64,000 nucleotides of DNA. Source: Hormiphora californensis (lineage: Eukaryota; Animalia; Ctenophora). Made by a program: the position numbers and the translations under genes. The stretch is from assembly GCA_020137815.1 (NCBI GenBank), contig CM035361.1, positions 5,208,001 to 5,272,000 on the forward strand. Reading direction: 5' to 3'. Within the stretch, counting starts at the first letter, position 1. Every line of letters begins with the position of its first letter. Under the pieces are notes generated by a model. The model worked only from the letters and a program-made list of their open reading frames with translations, was not told where the DNA came from and ran no database searches. Positions 43,201-54,694 of this stretch are shown one piece after another.

Positions 43201-46200
43201 TCTGCACAACTACCTTTTTGGAGGTATACGGCTCGTTCCCTTTACTCATAATTTATGGGCCACCCTGTATATATTCTCCCTCCAGAGATGAGTACCTGAC
43301 AGCAGCGTGTCCCACTTGTGACAATGTCCGATGTGATGACGGGTTTGAGTGTACCATTGGAGCAGACAACAACCTGCCTCAATGCACTGAGGTTATCCCG
43401 GGTGGATGTGATGTCAACAAGTAGGTTTAGTTTGGGTTGCTCATCTGGTACTGTAAACAGTTTCCAGTTGTTGTTCTTAAACAATGTTAACTAAGCATGA
43501 CAACCATGGCAGCCGAGATGTTTTCAGTGTTTTTGCGAACTCAACTCAAGCTCTAGCTTGTTTCGTAGCATGCTAAAACTATGATAACTCATATAGCGTT
43601 AACTATACCAGGAAAAGGCCAATCAAACTGACACGTCTCTTCTCCAGCTGCGGTAGGGGAGAGTGCATTGAAAATGGAACCGATTACAGCTGTACCTGTG
43701 AAAGTGGTTTCAGTTTTAATGGTGAGACCTGTTCTGATGTTAACGAGTGTGCTGAGTCACCCTGCGGGAATGGAGATTGTTTGAATCTGGAGGGTGGTTA
43801 TCAGTGTGATTGTATGGTCGGGTACACCAGCGAGATGTAAGTAGTTGAGTTTTTAACTAATTAACTAGTTAACTAATATTAGTTAACTAGTTAACTAATT
43901 AACTAAGTACCTAATAATAATTGGAAATAAGTTCTTGCAGACCGTTAGTTTATTAACTAATTGATCGGGCGCTCTCTTAGCCCAATTTGTCTTTCCGAGT
44001 GGACTTGGAATTCTTTGTTATTTCCCCAATTTACATCAAAAAGATGTACCACTATTATCTTAGAGAATAATTCAACATCTCTACTGTTACTTATTTACAA
44101 ATTAGTGAACTATATAACATCTCTACTGCCACTTATTTACAATTTTAGTGAACTATTCAACATCTCAGGGGTACATGCATTGATGTTGATGAGTGTGTGG
44201 CCGCGGAGAGCCCTTGCGGACCATACGAGAGGTGTTCAAATATTGAGGGAAGTTTCATCTGTGATTGTCTACAGACCTTCTACAAGTACGTATACACCAT
44301 TTTATTGTTAAATGTTAAATGCCCTTTTATGGTGTTGTTAAATGCCCTTTTATGGTGTTGTTTAGTTGTTACATGCCCTGTTGTGGTGTTGTTTAGTTGT
44401 TACATGCCAGGAACCGACCGAATCAGGAAATACTGGTCCCTGATTGGTCACGTGACCTAAATAACGAGTTCTGATTGGTTGTTTACTTGTGTCGGTCGGT
44501 TCCTGGTGTTGGTTAATGCCCTTTTATGGAATTGTTACATGTCCTAATATAGAGAATTACTAATACTTCCAATGAATACCAGGAGTGATGATGGTGATTG
44601 CGTCTGCGCTGATGGATTCACCCCCTCGGGTAGTGAGTGTATTGATATTGACGAGTGTAACGCGTCACCCATCTCACCGTGCCCAGCTAACATGGTAAGG
44701 AGCTGGTGTTATTTGTCCTTATATGGTATTGGTACATGCCCATTGCCCTTATATGGTGACATGGTAATGTGCTGGTGATTTCATTTTCTACGTATTAGCA
44801 GTAAGCAGATCTACACCTAAACAAAATAACACATATATCTATCACGCATCACCTTTCTAACAGTTGCCTTGCTCTGTCTGGCGGTGCCAGACCCTGATTT
44901 GATTCTCAAACAGATGCAGGGGTCTGTGGCGCCAGACAGGCCTTGCTCGGCTCTGTTTTCCCAAGCCTCGAAGGGTTAGAACATAACAATCTGTAACACC
45001 ACTCCCTCTGATTCCCTAAAATTCCCCCTACTACACAGGAGTGTACAAACACAATTGGTAACTACCAGTGTGCATGTTCTAATGGAACGGCAGTGTTTCC
45101 ATCGAGTGAGGAGGGCGAATGTCTGGAGTACACACCCTGTGAGTTGTACGGGGTGAAGAGCGAGTACCAGGGTATCCGGGGAAACACCATTAAAGTCGAG
45201 GTGAGTAGTTCAGGAACCGAGCGAAACAAGTAAACAACCAATCAGAACTCGTTATTTAGGTCACGTGACTGGTTATCAGCCAATCAGGGAACAGTATTTC
45301 CTGATTCGGTCGGTTCCTGGTACAGCAGTTGGTGTTAAATTACTAATTAGTTGGTGATTATAGTTGGTGGTGATTAGATGGCATGGTGATTAGTTAACAG
45401 TGATTTTATAGTTGTCTTCTCACTTATACTGTCTTTCAAGTTTCACCAATCCTGGATAACCTAATTCCCCATAAATATCAGATTACTGGTGTGAGGACTA
45501 CAGTGTTCAAGGTAGCTGGAACTATCGATTGGACTAAGGATGGTGTAGTCTGGGATCCCGCCACTGATGCATCTCAAACGGTCCAAGGATTCACTCTTTA
45601 GTAAGTTTTTAACGTGCAGGAAAGGGAGATGCAGGAAAAGAGGGATAAACGTGAGATTTTAATGATCTGATTAACTGCCTAATTTCTAAGTTAATTAATT
45701 AACCTATCAATTAATTACAACGAAATAATACAGCTGTATTAAATTACAGTCGGACCCCGATTTAGGGACACCCTCGGGGGAAAGGCTCTTGTCCACTAAA
45801 TCGGGGTCAAATAATGTTAATTTCCTATATCGGGGGAAAAAATCCTGTCCCTAAATCGGGGTGCCACTAAATCGGGGGCCCCTAAATCGGGGATCCGACT
45901 GTAATTATTCTCTTTAATTAATTATTCTCAGTGACTTCCAGCCGGAGTATGCAGGATTCTATGAGGCCACCGTCTACCTGGAGCGAAAGACTGGGTACGA
46001 GATGTGCAAAGTGGGAATTCACGTTAAGTTACTCGGTAAGTAAACTTATTATTTTCAAAACTTTGCTACCCGGTTTTACTTCTATCCTAAGGATAGTGAA
46101 GTAATATTTGTAAATAATAACTAATTAATTAATTAATTCCGCCTATTTCCGCAGAGGGTTCAGCACACATGACAGTTCCTAACTTGGAGAAATTCTCTGA

Positions 46201-48449
46201 AACTCTACCAGCTGGAAAAGGTGTTGCAGTACAGTGCAAAGTTACACTAACAAACGTAAGTATGTACTCACGTCTACTCATTGAATGGGTAGTTCTCTGA
46301 GTCATTCTCATTCTCGATCGGAAGATAGTCAATTAATTTGATAACAAACAACAAAAGTGTTTGTATTTAGCCCGAATTGGCGAATTGATCAAAATCACTC
46401 TTCAAATAAAATTAAAATCACTCTTCAAATAAAATTAAAATCATATCCCCACCTTTGCAGCTGAAGCTAGAGAACGCAAAAGACGTGAACAATGTAAAAT
46501 GGTATAAGGTAATACCAGGGGAAGAGGACGTGCTCCTGGTAGATAATGATCTTATCAACTTCAACTACAAAATCGGTCAGTGTCAGTTAATTAGGTAGTG
46601 ATGATCTCAAAACAAATGTCGGATTCTGTCTCCCGGTCTCCAAATGAAAAGAACTCTTTTGAGTAGTAGAGTCCTGATTTTTTAGTAAAAACCAAACTTC
46701 CCTCTCCCCACACAATCCTTCGTTCGACCTGTCAGAGCATTGGCCTGACAGCGCGAGAACTGTGGTCAGAGCATTGGCCTGACAGCGCGAGGGCAATTTC
46801 TGATTTGCCGCATACGGCGTCTAGACGGTATACCGTCTGGACGGGTTTCGGTGAAATCAGCTAAAAACGGTACCGAAATTGCTTGAGACGGGTTATAGAC
46901 GGTATCAGACGGTCTCTAGACGGGTTATAGACGGTATCAGACGGTGTTGCGACGGTATCAGACGGTCTCTAGACGATGTCTAGACGGTACCGTCCCGGCG
47001 TCTGGACGGCGTCCGGACGGTGTCTAGACGGTATCCGTCCGAAGTTGAGACGGCACGTCTGAAAATTGTACCAGACGTTGAGACGGACTTTTAGAACTCC
47101 GTCTGTATTTCAGACGGAGTTTTAAAAGTACGTCTCAACGCAGTCTAAAGGAAAATCGATGAAAGTACCGTCTAGACAACGTCTCAACTGAAACCGGTCA
47201 ACATACCGTCTAAACAACGTCTAGACAACGTCTAAACAGAATCTCGCGATTCAGTTTCAAATACCGTCTAGACAACTTCTCCAGCAATTTCGATAAGAAT
47301 ACCGTCTAAACAACGTCTAGACAACGTCTCAAATAATGATGTCTAGACTCGACCGTTTTCGAAGACCATTCTGGATTACCCATGCCAGTTGGAATTAGTG
47401 GTAGATGTGTGCCTATTGAATGAAAATTACACATGTGTTTAACCAGCACAGTCGTACCGCGATGCTCGGGGACGGGAAAGGGGTTATCCTCCCGGTAATT
47501 TTCGTACCCAACTTCTTAAATTCAACCAAACTGTTTTGGTATCTCCACATTCACTCTTACATCCAGCTATCGCGTTGTAATACAACTGTGAGATACTGTC
47601 TATGGCTGATACTATCAGTGATAGATAGTGTCGGTTATGAGACGTTGTTTAGACGGTATCTGTATCGGATTCGCTTAAGACGTTGTCTAGACGTTGTTTA
47701 GACGGTATTCGTATCGAAATTGCTGGAGAAGTTGTCTAGACGGTATTTGAAACTGAATCGCGAGATTCTGTTTAGACGTTGTCTAGACGTTGTTTAGACG
47801 GTATGTTGACCGGTTTCAGTTGAGACGTTGTCTAGACGGTACTTTCATCGATTTTCCTTTAGACTGCGTTGAGACGTACTTTTAAAACTCCGTCTGAAAT
47901 ATAGACGGAGTTCTAAAAGTCCGTCTCAACGTCTGGTACAATTTTCAGACGTGCCGTCTCAACTTCGGACGGATACCGTCTAGACACCGTCCAGACGCCG
48001 TCCAGACGCCGGGACGGTACCGTCTAGACACCGTCTAGAGACCGTCTGATACCGTCGCAACACCGTCTGATACCGTCTATAACCCGTCTAGAGACCGTCT
48101 GATACCGTCTATAACCCGTCTCAAGCAATTTCGGTACCGTTTTTAGCTGATTTCACCGAAACCCGTCCAGACGGTATATCGTCTAGACGCCGTCTAGACG
48201 GCGTTGCGACGCCGTCTAGACGCCGTATGCGGCAAATCAGAAATTGCCCAGCGCGAGAACTGAGGTCAGAGCATTGGCCTGACAGCGATCGACCGTCAAA
48301 ATGCCCAACTCATTACACAATTCCCACCTGCAGGTTCCTACCGACTGTGGTTCGAGGACCCCCAACCGGAGGACAGTGGAACGTACAAGTGTGAATTTAA
48401 CCAACAGGATGTGTACGCCTTTGTGGAGGTCGCCATGGCCTGGCAGTAG
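28236..48449 (+). CDS. Large secreted mosaic lectin (~45-50 exons): signal peptide - 3x galectin - 4x F-type (fucolectin) - 2x[PCSK9-C-terminal-like Cys module pair, FOLN-like, EGF] - Ca-binding EGFs - 2x Ig-like
   Basis: Signal peptide MLDFLFVVTVALTTVYSA. Galectin LLHVDFRP..VVLNS..GWETELR..FPHRYP. F-type lectin RAIDGN..SCSH..WWEVEL..YNRKDAGQDR..LSLCEVEV. Cys modules CPSGY..DGAY..CHAVNSYKGDGVKARALC and CPSGYIMASCAFHSPW. EGF DVNEC/DVDEC/DIDEC. Ig WYK..PEDSGTYKC. Stop at 48447-48449, AATAAA at ~48678. One apparent 1-nt frameshift at ~34364-34374. Confidence 0.85.
29626..29680. mobile_element. Tiny MITE-like family (CTGTCTGGCG...GATTCTC...CGCCAGACAG, ~55-70 bp)
   Basis: Related copies at ~30311-30381 and ~44873-44939 with 10-bp inverted ends. 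Confidence 0.6.
35465..35705. repeat. 33-bp repeat (ccttatatggtcattgggagagta...) duplicating the exon end and donor
   Basis: About 7 copies, each containing GGAGA|GTA. The real donor is at 35472. Confidence 0.9.
38306..39174. mobile_element. Long (~870 bp) member of MITE family B with internal inverted-repeat blocks
   Basis: CAGTCGGACCCCG TIRs with TA flanks. Internal hairpins around 38450-38680 and related sequence at 38840-38920. Confidence 0.8.
39253..39729. repeat. 33-bp minisatellite (tgttgccaggggtgtgaatcttttatttctcgt) x~14
   Basis: Identical units, no spacers. Confidence 0.95.
41979..42696 (+). repeat. Six tandem copies of an exon 3' end plus donor (SPSIECPSGYIMASCAFHSPWTQ|gt), separated by GTTACCATGGTTAC repeats
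   Basis: Donors after 42046, 42206, 42344, 42460, 42576 and 42692. Confidence 0.93.
46792..48248. mobile_element. Foldback/MULE-like non-autonomous element (~1.46 kb, ~540-bp TIRs built of GTCTAGACG subrepeats, 9-bp TSD cagcgcgag)
   Basis: GGCAATTTCTGATTTGCCGCATACGGCG / CGCCGTATGCGGCAAATCAGAAATTGCC. TSD at 46783-46791 and 48249-48257. Confidence 0.9.
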
Positions 48450-48850
48450 AACACTAGAACAACTCGGAGAGAGATTGGGACATTGTTTACTCTTTAAAAT
48501 GAGTTTTTATTCGCTGAGATCATGTTTTATTTGGTGATTTTGTGTTTAAATCACGTCATGTCTCTCACCTAATTGTATCGGTGGAGATATCACCTCGCCT
48601 GTTATAACAATGGGCTCTGATTCTTTAATGTATTTGTCACAGTGTGACCCCTGAATTGGATTTGGATTGGAATGTTGAATAAATCAGTTTTACTTTAAGA
48701 TTGTTCATGTTCCCTTTATTTCCTTGCATTTCAAAACCAAAAAAAACTGTTGTCGTCAATCGTCATGATGTTGCGTCTATCTAAATTTACTTGTATATCT
48801 ACTGTAAAAAAACTTGAACTACAAGTTGTAGCTCAAGCTGAACATATACG

Positions 48851-48973
48851 TAAAGTCCGTTTCAAGCGACTTGACCCGTAATTCTTGGAATTTGGCGCGT
48901 CGCGCGTGTATTTACAAAGGGGAAATCCTGAATTTCCAGGAATCTCAGGTCAAGTCGTTTGAAACGCACTTTA
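48851..48973. mobile_element. Small degenerate MITE
   Basis: taaagtccgtttcaagcgacttgacc / ggtcaagtcgtttgaaacgcacttta inverted ends. Confidence 0.6.
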
Positions 48974-49364
48974 TTGTTAACTATTTATAAATGTAGATTT
49001 AGACGAGTTGAATGTAGCGCGCAGAAATAATATGAAATGATCGCATAAAAGTACTGCGCGTTTATATATATATATATATATTAAGTATTCGCGCCGCGCA
49101 CTTAACTGGCCTGAATCGAAAAAATAAAATAAAAGTTTTTTTGACCTTCGTTTTCTTTTCTGAGCTTCGATTTTTACTTGTTTGTTAGAAAAACAGAAAG
49201 ATATAGCTACTTTTCTCTATTTAGAACGTCTGCCCTTGATTTATGAATCTCTTTGGTATGATTTGACTCCTCCTTGGTCTATTGTGCGCTTTTTGTACCT
49301 ACGGAGTACTTGTTGAGGGTCGCGGTGGACGCCATCCTGGGAGATTTAACGTCGCTAACATAAA

Positions 49365-49512
49365 GTCCATTTTTTTTCAACTGTTCACCCAAAAACTGAA
49401 ATTTAATAAAAATTAGAATTTGGGTGGCGCGCGCTACACGTTAACATGTGATAAACGCGCAAAACAATTCCGCGCACGACTTTGGGGGGTGAACAGTTGA
49501 AAAAAAATGGAG
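49365..49512. mobile_element. Small MITE
   Basis: tccattttttttcaactgttcaccc / gggtgaacagttgaaaaaaaatgga inverted ends. Confidence 0.65.
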
Positions 49513-49589
49513 TATACCTCATATTTTCTCACACCGATTAAGACTTCCCCCGATTGCTACATAACTCTTAAATTTATTTATTAGCTCCA

Positions 49590-50205
49590 ATGGCCGCCCG
49601 TATCTTCGCTTCCCGAATCATTCCCGGGCTTCGGCAACAGGCTAAACGGTAAAAATATAGTTTTGCGACTAGCACAAAGTAGTAAAATTTTGTTTTGTAT
49701 GAATTGCAATAAATTATTACCGCCCAATTTCTTCAGATTCCATAACGGACCACCCAGGAACCATTTTGGTGAAAATCCCCCTCCTTATCCTGAGCAGAAA
49801 CGATTCTTTGCTCTTGGTCTCTCAGTTTTTACTGTCACTACTATTTGGGTTGGTCCTAGACATATATATATATATATTTGATGGTCATAACTTGCGTTTT
49901 AACGATCTTTTTAACATTTGTAATTCTTGTAATTCTTGTAACATTCCTAATCTTGCACAGGCTTACTGGGTTGACATTTTCAAGCCTCGATTTGCTGAGA
50001 TCGACTGGGGTGAGTTATCCTCTTTGTTCATATTTTAAAATCAATTTCACTGATCTTTCTGATGTCATACATTAACAAAATCTCTTCGCTACCTTCCACT
50101 AACGAGATTTCTTCAGATGCTATCCGGGCTGAGCGAAACAAAATTGTAGATGACGATGCTGCGGATGATGATGAAGAAGAGGAAGAGGATGATGATGATG
50201 AATAA
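49590..50205 (+). CDS. ~100-aa single-pass membrane protein with mitochondrial presequence-like N-terminus and poly-acidic tail. Exons ~49590-49648, 49737-49848, 49961-50009, 50117-50205
   Basis: MAARIFASRIIPGLRQQAKR|FHNGPPRNHFGENPPPYPEQKRFFALGLSVFTVTTIW|AYWVDIFKPRFAEIDW|DAIRAERNKIVDDDAADDDEEEEEDDDDE*, with in-frame GT-AG joins. Confidence 0.75.
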
Positions 50206-50474
50206 AGTTCTGTCATTGTGCCTTTCATTAAGTTATTATTGAGTAATAGTTGCAGGACTTGAAATTCCTTGGATTCTAATAGTAGTGCATTTGTTTTTTG
50301 TTGTATATCTAACACCTCTCATATCTCAATTCCTTCCTTCTTGTATTTACAATCATCCGAGTTTTTATTTTAACAACCTCTCACTACACCTTGTCTACGA
50401 CGATTAAAATGGTTCCGATAAACCGATAAACTTACCCAAAACCTAACAAACCAATAATTACAATTCTTGTAGAA

Positions 50475-53400
50475 ATGGAATCATTTCCTAAGAAACACGA
50501 GCTTGCTATAAACTGTCTGTATACTGGAGTCTTACAACCCGTCAATGTCGCTAAGGTTCTTATTCAGGTAATAATTAATTAATTAATTGGTTAAGGCCAG
50601 AGGGGGGGGGGTCGACCGATTTTTGACCCTTATTTTGGGACATTTTTGGGGTTACCATCATGTGATAGCGCTTGGCATACCGGACCAGATGGATATGACA
50701 AAATTGATTTTGCGTGAACGGTTTGGGGGAAAAATGGGGTTAACTTTTGGCCTGAAATCAATGTAAACCCCATTATTTTAGGACTGGTAGGGGTTGGAAC
50801 ACCCAATCGAGTGTCAAACACTTTGTCTTATCAAGAGGGATCACTCTGCAAAGTTTTATACCATAAGTCCAACTGGTCTTTGAATTATTTGGGGTTAACA
50901 AAATATGGAAAAATCGACATTATGGCTCCCCTCTAAACCCCATTTTTACACATGGTTAACCACTTTCTGAGAAAACGGCTAGGATCTAGACCTTGTCGTT
51001 TGGCACACTTGTTCTACAGACCAAGGAGCATGAAACATATGTAGCGATTTTTGATTAAGGCCCTCATTCAAAAATTATGGGGGTTTACAAATGTTTGGTC
51101 GAGAAAAATATCATGTAAACCCCCATAATTTTTGAATGAGGGCCTTAATCAAAAATCGCTACATATGTTTCATGCTCCTTGGTCTGTAGAACAAGTGTGC
51201 CAAACGACAAGGTCTAGATCCTAGCCGTTTTCTCAGAAAGTGGTTAACCATGTGTAAAAATGGGGTTTAGAGGGGAGCCATAATGTCGATTTTTCCATAT
51301 TTTGTTAACCACAAATAATTCAAAGACCAGTTGGACTTATGGTGTAAAACTTTGCAGAGTGATCCCTCTTGATAAGACAAAGTGTTTGACACTCGATTGG
51401 GTGTTCCAACCCCTACCAGTCCTAAAATAATGGGGTTTACATTGATTTCAGGCCAAAAGTTAACCCCATTTTTCTCCCAGACCGTTCGCACAAAATCAAT
51501 TTTGTCATATCCATCTGGTCCGGTATGCCAAGCGCTATCACATGATGGTAACCCCAAAAGTGGCCCAAAATAAGGGTCAAAAATAGGTCGACCCCCCCCC
51601 TCTGGCCTTAATTGATTAATTACTTGTTGTTTTCTTTAAAAAAAACAACTTGTTAAATCTAGCCAACTAGCACTTACTACTTGACAGCTAATTATATTTA
51701 CTTTTTCTACCAAACTCTTCCCAACAATTCCCCTTAGTAATTTTACTGACCCAACTAATATTCTTTTCTTGCCAGGTTGGATACGAACCTCTCACCCCTG
51801 TCTACAATGGTCCCACTTTAATGTTTTTCTCTGGTGGATTCTACTACCCAAACATCTTCAAATATATGAAGTACTTGGTAAGTTGTTAACCAGGTTAACT
51901 TAAATTCTAAAATTCGATACAGTGCTTTAGAGGATGCAACAAAACATTGTTACAATGATGACCATGATGACCAAAATGATCATATTTCTGGCTTCCCTCT
52001 CTTCCCAAATTTCAACCCTCTCCCCTTCTCAGAAAAACAGGGAAGGAACGTATCTAGTCCTATACCGAGGCCTCGTACCGAGACTAGGTGGAACAATCGT
52101 CAGTAACACCGTCCGTAACGAGGTGCTGGGAATGATCCCTAAATCAGAAACTAAATGTCCCCCGGAACAAGTACTGTGCGAGGTAGGTAATGAAATTACC
52201 CCTCGGTTATTATTGTATGCAATAAATGGGGTGACTTCGTAACCAATGTGCGAGATAGGTCTATTATATTTTTGGTACTATTATACCTAATTGTGTATTC
52301 AAGTTGCTATCACCTACCTCCCCATCTTTCCATCACCTACATCCCCCTCTTTCTATCACCTACCTCCCTCTCTTTCTATCACCTACCTCCCCCTCTTTCT
52401 ATCACCTACCTCCCCCTCTTTCTATCACCTACCTCCCCCTCTTTCTATCACCTACCTCCCCCTTTCTATCACCTACCTCCCCCTCTTTCTATCACCTACC
52501 TTCCCCTCTTTCTATCACCTACCTCCCCCTCTTTCTATCACCTACCCCCCTCTTGCTATCACCTACCTCCCCCTCTTTCTATCACCTACCTCCCTCTCTT
52601 TCTATCACCTACCTCCCCCTCTTTCTATCACCTACCTCCCCCTCTTTCTATCACCTACCTCCCCCTCTTTCTATCACCTACCTCCCCCTCTTTCTATCAC
52701 CTACCTCCCCCTTTCTATCACCTACCTCCCCCTCTTTCTATCACCTACCTCCCCCTCTTTCTATCACCTACCTCCCCCTTTCTATCACCTACCTCCCCCT
52801 CTTTCTATCACCTACCTTCCCCTTTTTCTATCACCTACCTCCCCCTCTTTCTATCACCTACCCCCCTCTTGCTATCACCTACCCCCTCTTCTATCACCTA
52901 CCTCCCCCTCTTTCTATCACCTACCTCCCCCTCCCCTCTTTCTATCACCTACCTCCCCCTCTTTCTATCACCTAACTCCCCCTCTTTCTATCACCTAACT
53001 CCCCCTCTTTCTATCACTTACCACCCCCTCTTTCTATCATCTACCCCCGCCCCCTCTTTCTATCACCTACCTCCCTCTCTTTCTATCACCTACCTCCCCC
53101 TCTTTCTATCACCTACCTCCCCCTCTTTCTATCACCTACCTCCCCCTCTTTCTATCACCTACCTTCCCCTCTTTCTATCACCTACCTCTCCCTCTTTCTA
53201 TCACCTACCTCCCCCTCTTTCTATCACCTACCCCCCCATCTTTCTATCACCTACCTCCCCCTCTTTCTATCACCTACCTCCCCCTCTTTCTATCACCTAC
53301 CTCCCCCTCTTTCTATCACCTAACTCCCCCTCTTTCTATCACTTACCACCCCCTCTTTCTATCATCTACCCCCGCCCCCTCTTTCTATCACCTAACTCCC

Positions 53401-54112
53401 CCTCTTTCTATCACCTACCCCCCCCCTTTCTATCACCTACCATTATTCCTAGGTGGGCAGACAATGTGCAGCTACAGCAGCTGCAGTCCTCGCTTCACAC
53501 CCCTTCCTGGTCATTACCAATAGGATGATAGTGGCAATAATCGGTTCAGAGGACCGGTATAGCTCGGCTATCGGGGCTGTTGGGTCTATCCTCAGGTGGG
53601 TTGTGTGATACACACGTCACACAATGTGTATCTCACACTGCGAGAGGGTTAATTTTGGTACTTGTCTGTTTTCTATGTAGTTCTGGATAAATAGTTAACA
53701 AATCAAAACATTGTTATTACAGCTCATAATTGAAGACTTTATACTAGGAACACTATATATACTACCCTAAACCTCACTTTTATTGAGGTATAATAGTCGA
53801 ACCCCGATTTACCGGGATGCTCAGGGGAATGGGGTTTGCCCGGTAAATCGGGGTTCCGGTAAATGGGGGTCCGACTATATAACACTTTATTTTTGTTTCA
53901 GTGACCAAGGTGTCCTGGGATTCTATGCTGGCATTATACCTCATCTTATTTGTGAGGTATCTGGTCGAGCTATGGAGGTTTTGGTAGGAGAGGTTTATGA
54001 GAAATATGATCTGAACAAACGGTTGGGGCTGCCATTTGATACTAAACATGCCCTACCCATATCAAGTCTCCATAGTTTCCTATCATATCCACTACAGGTG
54101 AATTACTGTCTC

Positions 54113-54189
<77 letters not shown>

Positions 54190-54247
54190 AGCTCTCTCTC
54201 TCGCTCTCTCAGCTCTCTCTCTCTCTCTCTCTCTCTCTAGCTCTCTC

Positions 54248-54281
<34 letters not shown>

Positions 54282-54312
54282 GCACACTCTCTCTCTCCCT
54301 CTCTCTTTCACA

Positions 54313-54368
<56 letters not shown>

Positions 54369-54620
54369 CTCTCTTGCTTGAAGCGAGGGTTCTCGATATG
54401 ATGACGTCAAACCAATGAATGAATATGTCAAGTTATCCCTTTTCTTGCTAACTCATTCAATCCCTTTGATTTTCTTACTTAGATCTCCATTCATATTAAT
54501 CTATATCTCCCCTAACCCCTTCCCATTAATTTTATCTCTTCTAATTTTTACTTCCTAATGATCCCATACTCCAAGTCGAATTCGTGAGTTAGAATAGGGA
54601 AAAAGTCGAACTAAAAACGA

Positions 54621-54694
<74 letters not shown>

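Noticed and set aside
49590-50205. Assigning the symbol SMDT1/EMRE
   Set aside because: The layout fits but the conserved EMRE motifs are missing.
50630-51573. Mirror-image ORFs ([11 protein letters not shown]...) on both strands
   Set aside because: Consequence of the palindromic element; no transposase motifs.
52248-53528. Extensin-like Pro-rich ORFs
   Set aside because: Translation of a pyrimidine minisatellite within an MTCH2 intron; variable unit lengths do not keep frame.
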